NCBI GenBank assembly: GCA_041576165.1
Contig: JBFGLM010000079.1
Location: 1-16,284 of the forward strand
Direction: 5' to 3'
Source of the DNA: Acidimicrobiia bacterium
Lineage (GTDB): Bacteria > Actinomycetota > Acidimicrobiia > Spongiisociales > Spongiisociaceae
DNA length: 16,284 nucleotides
In this document: positions 1-6,936 of the stretch, piece after piece
Layout of the letters: every line of letters starts with the position of its first letter
How positions within the stretch are numbered: the stretch's first letter is position 1
Made by a program: the position numbers and the translations under genes
Notes under the pieces: model-generated
Database searches by the model: none
Told to the model about the DNA's origin: nothing
The model's input: the letters and a program-made list of their open reading frames with translations, nothing else

Positions 1-2
1 CC

Positions 3-80
3 ACGGCCCCCGATGGGACACGAGCGGCGTGGTTCCTGGACAGCGAAGACAACATTCTCGGGTTGTTCCAGCCGCAGTAG
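3..80 (+). CDS. 3' end of a VOC/glyoxalase-family protein (partial, runs off window start)
   Basis: Frame from nt 3 reads TAPDGTRAAWFLDSEDNILGLFQPQ*, matching the VOC C-terminal motif AWFxDxxGNxLxL. Not in the ORF track. Confidence 0.75.
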   Translation, partial: TAPDGTRAAWFLDSEDNILGLFQPQ

Positions 81-287
81 GCGGTGCCAACGCAGACAGA
101 TTGCCACTGTGTGTGGCCAGATCGGCCGGTGCCGGCAGCAGCCGCACGCGTCCCTTTATCCGCGAAACTATCCGCAAAACAGACCCCATAGAACGCGGCT
201 CGTAGAGCTCAACTAAAGGTTTTGACCCCTGCGGCCGAAGGGTTCCCTTGATTCTCGACCACTGTGAGTGGTTGGACAGGAGGAACC

Positions 288-713
288 ATGGTATTGCCCA
301 GAAAATGGAGATTGGTAGCCAGTGGCTTGTCGGCGGCGGTGGCGTTCAGCGCCACTTCGGCCATCGCCCAGGAAGGTGAGGACGAACCCGAGTCGACCGT
401 GGTGGAGAACGCGGTCGACATCTCGACCCTTCCAGAGCTCGAAGCCGAGATCCAGACGGCATCTGAGATCGAGGAACCAGAAACCACCTCGCCCTTCGAC
501 GAAGCCGCCTTGGACGCCGAGCAAGTCGTTGCAGACGACGAGAGCGTGAGCGAGCCGTCGGAGAGCATCGAGTCCGAGAGCATCGAGTCCGAGAGCATCG
601 AATCCGAGAGCATCGAGTCCGAGAGCATCGAATCGGAGAGCATCGAGTCCGAGAGCATCGAATCCGAGAGCCTTCCGTCGCCGGAGAGCGTCAGCGAGGA
701 TTCGGTCGACTGA
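288..713 (+). CDS. Secreted, very acidic Ser/Glu-rich low-complexity protein with (ESIES)7 repeat
   Basis: AGGAGG RBS at 278-283 before ATG 288. Sec-type signal MVLPRKWRLVASGLSAAVAFSATSAIA|QE. Mature part has no Lys/Arg and is dominated by E/S/D. Confidence 0.85.
   Translation: MVLPRKWRLVASGLSAAVAFSATSAIAQEGEDEPESTVVENAVDISTLPELEAEIQTASEIEEPETTSPFDEAALDAEQVVADDESVSEPSESIESESIESESIESESIESESIESESIESESIESESLPSPESVSEDSVD
561..671 (+). repeat. 15-bp coding tandem repeat GAGAGCATCGARTCS, 7 copies plus a partial
   Basis: Units start at 561, 576, 591, 606, 621, 636 and 651. Differences are only at third codon positions (GAG/GAA, TCC/TCG). Confidence 0.97.
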
Positions 714-719
714 TCCACC

Positions 720-1961
720 ATGGTGCTCGGTGTCGACGAAAAGGCGGCGACGCCGGGCGCCACGACCCGGTTCACTGATCCGGCGCTGCCCGCCGTCGGG
801 GCGCTCCTGGGAGCAGAGGCCCCTGCCATCCTCGAGGCGGGCATCGGGTCGCCGTTGTCCGAAGTGAGGCCGACCCAAGTCCGCTACGACCCGGGACGTT
901 CGGTCACCGTCTCCTACGCCGCCCACGACGCCGACGGGCGCCTGGCGACAATCTGCGCCTATGCAGGGCGGCAGAAACCAGACGGAGCGGCCATCGTCAG
1001 CGACGGTGCCAACGAGGTGGCCGTGTGGAGGTATCCCCACGATCCGATGCTGCCTGGGCTCAGACATGCGGTCGAGCCCCGGCTGCTCGCCGGCCTACTG
1101 GAAGAAGTCGGGGCCGGCGGCGTCATCCGGATGATCCGCACGCGCGCCTACCGGCCCCGGCGCCGGGCGGTGGTCGAGGTCATGACCGATGACCATCGGC
1201 TCTTCATCAAAGTGGTTCGCCCACACAAGGTATCCCACCTGCACACTCTGCACGCCGAAGCCGCCCGCCACTTACGCGTCCCCCGGAACCTCGGCTGGTC
1301 GCCCGACCTCGGCGTCGCCATCCTCGAAGCCTTGCCCGGGACCTCGGTTCGGCACGCAGTCGAAGACGGAAGACCCCGTCTACCGGCACCGGCCGTTGTC
1401 ACGGCGCTCCTCGATCGGATTCCGCCCATCGGTGACCCGCGGCCAGGTTTGCTCGAACGGCTCGACACCCACCGGCGCCTGCTGGCCGCCATCGTGCCCG
1501 AGGTGGAGGACGACATCGATGAGATGATCGAACACATCCGCTCGGCCGCCCCGCAGCCGGTGGTGGCCGCCCACAACGACTTTCACGCCGCCCAGGTCAT
1601 GATGGCGGACGGCGAGGTGACCGGGTTGGTCGACATCGACACCCTTGGACCCGGGACGCGGGCTGACGACTACGCGATGATGCTCGGCCACCTGTACACG
1701 CTCGCCCTCGGCTCTTCGCGCCCGCGAGCTGTGGCGGCCTACGGGGCGCGCCTGCTGGGATCATTCGAGGCGGCCGTCGGTGCCAACGAGCTGCGCCTCA
1801 GGATCGCTGCGGCCGTGATCGCGTTCTCCAGTGCACCGTTCCGAGCTCAGCAACCGAACTGGCCCGAGAGAGTCCATCGCCGGCTGGATGCGGCGCGGGA
1901 ATGGATCAGATCCGCCCCGGTCCGCTCTGGTGCGTGGGTCGAACGAGTGGGGCAGGGATGA
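720..1961 (+). CDS. Aminoglycoside phosphotransferase (APH)/kinase-like fold protein
   Basis: Brenner-type motif HNDFHAAQV (HxDxxxxN with N->Q), downstream LVDID metal-binding motif, FIKVVR lysine, and YRPRRRAVV N-lobe motif seen in actinobacterial phosphotransferases. Confidence 0.85.
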   Translation: MVLGVDEKAATPGATTRFTDPALPAVGALLGAEAPAILEAGIGSPLSEVRPTQVRYDPGRSVTVSYAAHDADGRLATICAYAGRQKPDGAAIVSDGANEVAVWRYPHDPMLPGLRHAVEPRLLAGLLEEVGAGGVIRMIRTRAYRPRRRAVVEVMTDDHRLFIKVVRPHKVSHLHTLHAEAARHLRVPRNLGWSPDLGVAILEALPGTSVRHAVEDGRPRLPAPAVVTALLDRIPPIGDPRPGLLERLDTHRRLLAAIVPEVEDDIDEMIEHIRSAAPQPVVAAHNDFHAAQVMMADGEVTGLVDIDTLGPGTRADDYAMMLGHLYTLALGSSRPRAVAAYGARLLGSFEAAVGANELRLRIAAAVIAFSSAPFRAQQPNWPERVHRRLDAAREWIRSAPVRSGAWVERVGQG

Positions 1962-1971
1962 CATTCCCCTG

Positions 1972-2008
1972 ACTGGATCGAGCCCGGGCAATCCGGGCTC
2001 GATCCAGT
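1972..2008. terminator. Perfect 16-bp stem hairpin, probable (possibly bidirectional) terminator
   Basis: ACTGGATCGAGCCCGG-GCAAT-CCGGGCTCGATCCAGT, 10 nt after the kinase stop codon. Confidence 0.75.
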
Positions 2009-2135
2009 ACCGGCTTCAGCATTCCGCTGCCTTTGGCTGCGATGCGACCTGGCAGCTCAACAGAGCCAGTGCCGGCCCCCCCACGATCGAAACAGTGGTA
2101 CAGATCGTGAGCTGAGGATGACTCTGTGCCGAAAG

Positions 2136-2165
2136 AGCTTAGTTAGGCGCCTTACCGTATGTCAA
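2136..2165 (-). promoter_or_regulatory. Sigma70/SigA-type promoter divergent from marR, with a palindromic operator candidate in the spacer
   Basis: Minus strand TTGACA (2165-2160)-N18-TAAGCT (2141-2136). Near-palindrome GTTAGGCGCCTTAC at 2142-2155. 12-bp direct repeat GTATGTCAACTG at 2157-2168 and 2185-2196. Confidence 0.55.
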
Positions 2166-2247
2166 CTGCCCAATTCGGGGAATAGTATGTCAACTGATTA
2201 CCTATTCAAGCGAATAGTGTGGATATGTCCCCCTCGCGAGACGCAGC

Positions 2248-2757
2248 ATGCAAGACACCCACGACGACCTCGCCCACCAGATCGCCGACCGTTGGGCAAC
2301 GTACCTCCCTGATCTATCTCGTGACCTTCTCACTGTGGCCATCCGACTCGAGCGGACCTTGAAATCCCTCGATCGGGAACTTTCACACGCGGTAACGCCG
2401 TTCGGCCGGCATGGCATACGAAACATGGAGGATTTCCGACTACTGGCGGTCTTGCGGCGGGTGGGGGATGAGGGCATCACCATCACCGAGGCCAGCCAAG
2501 AGATCGGTATCACCAAAGCGTCGACCTCGGCTCGTGTTGAGCGCCTCGTGCAGGAAGGGCTGGTGCACCGGGACGAATCCGAGGTGGATCGGAGGGCCAC
2601 CCGCCTGACGCTCGATCCCTCGGCTGCCCAGCTGGTGGACGACTGCCAGAAGGCAACTCTGGGAGTCTATGACCGGGTGTTGGGTGATTTCACGAAAGCT
2701 GAACAGGACGAGCTGGCAGCGCTGCTACGTCGTTTCCGCTTCGAAGAAGCGCTCTGA
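2248..2757 (+). CDS. MarR-family transcriptional regulator
   Basis: Winged HTH pattern (ITITEASQEIGITKASTSARVERLVQEGLV) and wing motif DRRATRLTL. Confidence 0.93.
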   Translation: MQDTHDDLAHQIADRWATYLPDLSRDLLTVAIRLERTLKSLDRELSHAVTPFGRHGIRNMEDFRLLAVLRRVGDEGITITEASQEIGITKASTSARVERLVQEGLVHRDESEVDRRATRLTLDPSAAQLVDDCQKATLGVYDRVLGDFTKAEQDELAALLRRFRFEEAL

Positions 2758-2765
2758 CCCTCAGA

Positions 2766-2803
2766 CGACAACAAGCCCGGGGCGTTACCCGGGCCTGTTG
2801 TTG
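2766..2803. terminator. Hairpin between convergent marR and PRC-barrel genes, probable bidirectional terminator
   Basis: CGACAACAAGCCCGGG-GCGTTA-CCCGGGCCTGTTGTTG. Confidence 0.7.
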
Positions 2804-2821
2804 CTGCTGGGAGGATCTCGA

Positions 2822-3175
2822 TCAAGAAATCCAGTATGGACGAGCTCCGTAGTGCGTGTAGATCGAAGCACCCCATTCACGGTCGGAGAAGTCCGGCCAG
2901 TTGTCCTGGTCGAACCCCGGAGCGTTCTGGAGGACTTCCTTTTCGACGTTCAGCACGAACTCGTGGTTGTCGGTGTCGACAGTGAGCGAGCTCCAGGGAA
3001 CGGCGAAGAGTTTGTTCCCGATCCCGAGGAAACCTCCCATGTCGAGGACGGCATAGCCGACGGTGCCGGTCTCGATGTCGATCATGATGTCCTTGATGTC
3101 ACCGAGGTCGTCCCCGTCGAGGTTCCGTACATTGTCCCCCATGAGCGTCGAAGCGCTCAACGTCGTTCGGTCCAT
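2822..3175 (-). CDS. PRC-barrel domain protein
   Basis: LSASTLMGDNVRN..GDDLGDIKDIMID...G.VGYAVLDMGGFLGIGNKLFAVPW is the canonical stand-alone PRC barrel. AAGGAG RBS. Confidence 0.95.
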   Translation of the reverse strand: MDRTTLSASTLMGDNVRNLDGDDLGDIKDIMIDIETGTVGYAVLDMGGFLGIGNKLFAVPWSSLTVDTDNHEFVLNVEKEVLQNAPGFDQDNWPDFSDREWGASIYTHYGARPYWIS

Positions 3176-3263
3176 TTGCGTCTCCTTTTCTTTCGAGTCG
3201 CGTGTTGTGTCTTCCAGTTGTTGTTGAGTCTGCTCTTGGTTCTTGCCCCACCGGGGCTTCAGA

Positions 3264-3323
3264 TCAGAAGACCAGGAGCAGGATGAGAATGATCAGAATG
3301 AGCGTTCCGAATCCGATGTACAT
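3264..3323 (-). CDS. 19-aa single-pass membrane peptide MYIGFGTLILIILILLLVF
   Basis: Near-perfect RBS AAAGGAGGTGA (3340-3330) 6 nt before ATG, hydrophobic sequence, lies between two co-directional genes. Below the ORF-track size cut-off. Confidence 0.8.
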   Translation of the reverse strand: MYIGFGTLILIILILLLVF

Positions 3324-3388
3324 CGTCGGTCACCTCCTTTCGTTTCCCTTCCAAATCCTTTGCAGGTGTTCGGCGGATGCCGTTTCGG

Positions 3389-3997
3389 CTAGCGGTCGAT
3401 GGTCTCCTGAATGACGGCGGCATCGGCCCGGCGGTGAAACTCCTCACCCCACAGGCCACCGACGTGGCCGCCTAGAAGAGCGGCGACGATTCCGGCCGCG
3501 GCTGCCGCCACCACCTTCAACGATTTCTCCTCGGCGGCGAAGAAGGCATCGAACTGGCCAAACCAGTTGGGCAAGTCGACGCCGGCAAAGGCGTTGTACT
3601 CACTCCCAAACCAGGCTCCCAGAGCGCCGAACATCGCCACGACCGCCACGAAGATGAGGGCGGCACCAAAGCCGTTCAGCCCTCCGTTGTAGCGGGCGAC
3701 CCGCCCGGCGACGAAGCCCCCGGCCAGGAACGAGAAGAACAACACCGCGATCGCGACCAGCGAGGCGACCACCTCAACCGGCTGGAGGTTTCCATCCAGA
3801 TCGATGGCGCTGAGCTGGTAGGGGATCGAAGCGTTACCGGCGGCGATCAGCGCACCCAGAAAGACCAGGACGCCGAGCGCCGTGAACATGCCGAGAACGG
3901 CGGCGGTGAGGTCGGTGCCCCCGAAGCGGTCCGTGACCTTCCGCACATCCACCTCGGCCCCCCGAATCTCGGAGGTGCGTACTTCAGTTGTTGCCAT
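3389..3997 (-). CDS. Integral membrane protein (about 4 TM), hypothetical
   Basis: Four hydrophobic segments with FLAGGFVAGRVAR and ALLGGHVGGLWGEEFHRRAD motifs. GAAGGGAG RBS. Confidence 0.88.
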   Translation of the reverse strand: MATTEVRTSEIRGAEVDVRKVTDRFGGTDLTAAVLGMFTALGVLVFLGALIAAGNASIPYQLSAIDLDGNLQPVEVVASLVAIAVLFFSFLAGGFVAGRVARYNGGLNGFGAALIFVAVVAMFGALGAWFGSEYNAFAGVDLPNWFGQFDAFFAAEEKSLKVVAAAAAGIVAALLGGHVGGLWGEEFHRRADAAVIQETIDR

Positions 3998-4027
3998 TTG
4001 CGGACTCCCTTCTCTACGGGACGCCTA

Positions 4028-4053
4028 TTACCCCCTGGTGCGGTCCGTCAAAC
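4028..4053 (-). promoter_or_regulatory. SigB/SigF-type general stress promoter
   Basis: Minus strand GTTT-N16-GGGTAA, about 30 nt upstream of ATG 3997. Fits the mycobacterial SigF / actinobacterial SigB-like consensus GTTT-N15-17-GGGTA. Confidence 0.7.
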
Positions 4054-4136
4054 GTGAAGACATGGAGGCCGGCAAATCCTTATTCGGTCGAGTCGATCAA
4101 TTTCCGTCTGGAGATCCGATTGGCGGAAACCGATAG

Positions 4137-4379
4137 AGCAGAGAGGCGAGCAAGGACATCATCGAGCGAATAGATGCCGCCGGCGGCCGCCTCGTCTTTC
4201 GATTCTGGGGCGTGGTAGTGGTGATCGGCGTTGCCGTGGTGGGCGTGCCGGTGACGGTAGGCGCTGTTGCGGCAAGGGCATGGGCGGGCGCGGCCGTATC
4301 GCTGTTATTCACGTCCCTCGGCCTCTGGTTCGCCCGCTACCTGTTCTCGCGCCGACGCCGGCTCAGCCATATCGAATGA
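4137..4379 (+). CDS. Probable small two-TM membrane protein; start uncertain (possible frameshift or non-canonical start)
   Basis: Open frame reads ..KDIIERIDAAGGRLVFRFWGVVVVIGVAVVGVPVTVGAVAARAWAGAAVSLLFTSLGLWFARYLFSRRRRLSHIE*. First canonical start is GTG 4212, inside TM1. Confidence 0.5.
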   Translation, partial: SREASKDIIERIDAAGGRLVFRFWGVVVVIGVAVVGVPVTVGAVAARAWAGAAVSLLFTSLGLWFARYLFSRRRRLSHIE

Positions 4380-4421
4380 GGCCGGGAGCTCGACATGAGG
4401 AAGGGCGGGCGGTGCGGTTGG

Positions 4422-4970
4422 CTAGGCGAACGCCGCAAGGACGGAGGCCACGGCGGAAGTCACCGACGCCAGGTGTGGCGGGGTGCGAGCACCCGTCGAC
4501 AACTCCACCTGTACCCCGCCTCGCGGAGGCAGATTCACCGGATTGGCGGGATGCACCCCTCGGAGTTTCGGTGGGATCTGATCCAGATCGGTCACCACGC
4601 GCAATCGGGAGCGGCCGGTGATGGCAGCTCCGATCGCTTCGGCCATGACCCGGTTGCGACCACCGAGCAACACCGTGTCATGGTGCTCCTTGCGTCCGTA
4701 GCCATGGAATGACACGGCAAACGCGACGTGCGCCAGGAACCGGCGGAGGCGGCGGCTGTGCGCGGGATCGTGCCGTATGGACGGGATGTGCCAGAACAGG
4801 TCTTCCGGTTGAACGATTGCGTACCGGCTCGCCCCGACCGAGTCGGCCACCCGGCGGGCAGCTTCGGCGGTGCCGGCCTCCAGGCCACCGTGCAGCGCCA
4901 TGACGCCGACCGGGGCGGCCAGCGCCAGCTCCTCCCGGACGCCCGGTGTGCTGATGAGCTCGTTGAGCAT
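4422..4970 (-). CDS. Poly-gamma-glutamate hydrolase family protein (DUF867/PghP-like)
   Basis: Motifs ALHGGLEAGT, HIPS, SFHG, GVHPANPVN and GGVQVELS match the phage-type Zn gamma-PGA hydrolase family. Confidence 0.88.
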   Translation of the reverse strand: MLNELISTPGVREELALAAPVGVMALHGGLEAGTAEAARRVADSVGASRYAIVQPEDLFWHIPSIRHDPAHSRRLRRFLAHVAFAVSFHGYGRKEHHDTVLLGGRNRVMAEAIGAAITGRSRLRVVTDLDQIPPKLRGVHPANPVNLPPRGGVQVELSTGARTPPHLASVTSAVASVLAAFA

Positions 4971-5070
4971 GAGACCATCGTATTGTCGGCGGAGCCGATT
5001 GGTGCTCCGGTCACCCCTGGCTGAAGGTGGATGCGCTCAACAAGCGGCGCCGGCAGCCGATAACCGCGGG

Positions 5071-5535
5071 ATGAAGCAATTCGTTGCCCTCGTCGTCATG
5101 GCGATCGTGGTAGCCGCATGCGGCGAGAGTGTGGTGTCCGCCGATTTCGAAGTGACGGCTACAACCCAAGCAGCGGCCCCATCCAGCACGGCAGTGACCA
5201 CCACGGTGGCTTCGAGTGCCAGATCGTTGGCCCTGTCGGAAGCAGACATCGTGACCTATATCGCCACGGTGGAAGACGCCCTCGCCGGGACCGCATACGA
5301 AGGAGAGGCGCTGGCCTTCCCCGAAGTGTTCGTTGCGACCGGTGTGCTGTTCTGCAACCAGCTCGAGGCCGGCCAATCACCCGACCTCGTGTTGACTCAA
5401 TACATCGAGAGCCTGACAGGAGCTTCCGTGGACGCGGCGCCACTCGACGACCTCGATATGGCAGGGGGCGTGCTGGGAGCAGGAGTAGTCACTTTGTGCC
5501 CGAACCATATGACACTTCTCACGGGTTCAGGTTGA
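5071..5535 (+). CDS. Lipoprotein, DUF732-like C-terminal domain possible
   Basis: Lipobox MKQFVALVVMAIVVAA|C, Thr/Ser/Ala linker, paired Cys (GVLFCNQLEAG ... GVVTLCP). Confidence 0.8.
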   Translation: MKQFVALVVMAIVVAACGESVVSADFEVTATTQAAAPSSTAVTTTVASSARSLALSEADIVTYIATVEDALAGTAYEGEALAFPEVFVATGVLFCNQLEAGQSPDLVLTQYIESLTGASVDAAPLDDLDMAGGVLGAGVVTLCPNHMTLLTGSG

Positions 5536-5582
5536 TGGCGCAATCTCCGATGCTGATGACGAGCGCACCCGGAGCACACCAG

Positions 5583-6008
5583 ATGCGAAGTCGGCCAATG
5601 ATCATGCTCGCCACCGTGGCACTTCTCGCCGTCACCGTGGCAATACCCGCTTTCGCCCAGGAAGTGAAAGCCACCGGACTGGAGCGCGCACAGCAAGCCA
5701 GCCTGAAGGCGCTCGATCACGCCAATGCCCGAGCGATCGAAGCCAGGGGCGGCGAGCTGCCGCCGGGTCTTGCCAAGAAGGAAGGCAAACTCACAGGCCG
5801 GGCACGGGCGGCGGCTGCCATCGCAACGGCCATGGACCGCGGCAACGGCAACGGGTTCGGCCGGGGCCGTTCTCTCGAAGTCTTGTCGACACTGCTCAAC
5901 GGCGGCTCGCCGGCCGCTCTGGAAGGCCAGCCAAGCCATGGCGACAAAGTGAGCGCCATGGTCCAGGCCCACAACGAACTACGCAAGCAGTCCCCGGCCG
6001 ACGAGTAG
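5583..6008 (+). CDS. Secreted hypothetical protein with PPGLAKK motif
   Basis: GGAG RBS at 5571-5574, signal peptide ending PAFA|QE. Alternative in-frame ATG at 5535 overlaps the upstream stop. Confidence 0.8.
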   Translation: MRSRPMIMLATVALLAVTVAIPAFAQEVKATGLERAQQASLKALDHANARAIEARGGELPPGLAKKEGKLTGRARAAAAIATAMDRGNGNGFGRGRSLEVLSTLLNGGSPAALEGQPSHGDKVSAMVQAHNELRKQSPADE

Positions 6009-6093
6009 CCGCTCCAGATTCATCCATCGCCGGGAAGGCACCCTCGGCGGTAGTGACATGATCAAGGGCTACTCACGCCCTCAAGCGCGAAGC

Positions 6094-6145
6094 TGGTGTC
6101 GGAGAGAGGACTCGAACCTCCACGGGCTACACACCCACCAGATCC
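6094..6145 (-). pseudogene. 3' half of a tRNA-Leu gene (att-site remnant)
   Basis: Minus strand GGATCTGGTGGGTGTGTAGCCCGTGGAGGTTCGAGTCCTCTCTCCGACACCA: 3' anticodon stem, long variable arm, T-arm GGTTCGAGTCC, discriminator A and CCA. No D-arm or 5' acceptor strand upstream. Confidence 0.85.
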
Positions 6146-6349
6146 GTAGCTTGATCGATCTCGTTCAGCGGCTTGGCCTGTTTTCGCTACGACCAAAACT
6201 GGGATTTGAGTTCAAGTGCAAACCTCGGCAGGCCCAATGTCCCCGTCACGACTAGTGACTTTGGACCCTTGCCGCAAAAGGTTTAATGACCACTATGCGT
6301 AATAAACCACTACTACACGCGTCAAGAAGACATGGTGATAGGAGGAGCC

Positions 6350-6775
6350 ATGAGACGTATTGGATTAATAGCTGCGTTGGCCGCATGTGCTGTCTTGATT
6401 GCTGCCCCCGCTACTGGTGCCGGACCGCGGGATCCCGTGGGTGAGAAATTCAGCTTGGTGTTGCCGTGTCTGCAAGGGTTAGATCCGGTCCCACCAGAGC
6501 CAGATACCGACTTCTACGTTCGGCACGGCTGGGGACTGACTCCGGCGCTAGAAGACGATCTCGGCCAGTTCACCTTCGACCTGTGGGTTGATGGAGTTGA
6601 ACTGAAGGGCATGTTGATCGTCAACGCTGGGTCCGGGGCCGTATCGAGGGCGTGGCTGTACAACTTCCCTGGCGGACTGAACGGCGAGCACACGTTCCGA
6701 ACGGTCTGGACCGCGGCACCTGGATCTGAACACCACGACCTCGACTGTACCTTCGTCGTAAATTTCGGGTCGTAG
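6350..6775 (+). CDS. Secreted hypothetical protein, probable cargo of the decayed element
   Basis: AGGAGGAG RBS, signal peptide MRRIGLIAALAACAVLIAAPATG, beta-rich mature domain, more A/T-ending codons than flanking genes, AT-richer upstream region. Confidence 0.8.
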   Translation: MRRIGLIAALAACAVLIAAPATGAGPRDPVGEKFSLVLPCLQGLDPVPPEPDTDFYVRHGWGLTPALEDDLGQFTFDLWVDGVELKGMLIVNAGSGAVSRAWLYNFPGGLNGEHTFRTVWTAAPGSEHHDLDCTFVVNFGS

Positions 6776-6936
6776 ATTTCGGCCGGCCCTAGGGTCGGCG
6801 AAGGTCAGGAGGGAGAGACGACGCCCTGAATGGCCTTTCACCAAGACCAGTTGCAGAAGAGTATCCACAAGGTATCGGACGTCTGCCCAATGGCTTTGGC
6901 CAGTTTCTTGGTGTCGGTCCTCGGTTTGGCTGATGT

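Noticed and set aside
203-244. TAGAG/TAAAG 11-bp-spaced repeat and GTTT-N17-GGGTT upstream of the ESIES gene
   Set aside because: Could be an OmpR-type site or a weak SigF promoter, but the matches are too short or degenerate to support.
561-671. Short tandem array as a possible CRISPR
   Set aside because: Contiguous 15-bp units with no spacers, in frame within a CDS, and no cas genes.
209-1067. Minus-strand ORFs with SDSML or LGLDA repeats
   Set aside because: Antisense shadows of the ESIES repeat. The plus-strand gene has the RBS and signal peptide.
2009-2130. Known riboswitch (SAM, SAH, c-di-GMP, c-di-AMP)
   Set aside because: Core consensus elements not recognisable on either strand. 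Kept only as an unclassified structured-RNA candidate.
6094-6180. Complete tRNA with an ACG anticodon
   Set aside because: The 5' anticodon-stem strand does not pair, D-arm and 5' acceptor are absent, and the long variable arm points to Leu.
6276-6303. dif/Xer-like site (ATTACGCATAG-TGGTCA-TTAAACCTTTT on the minus strand)
   Set aside because: One arm resembles a XerC arm, but the other matches the XerD consensus TTATGTTAAAT poorly.
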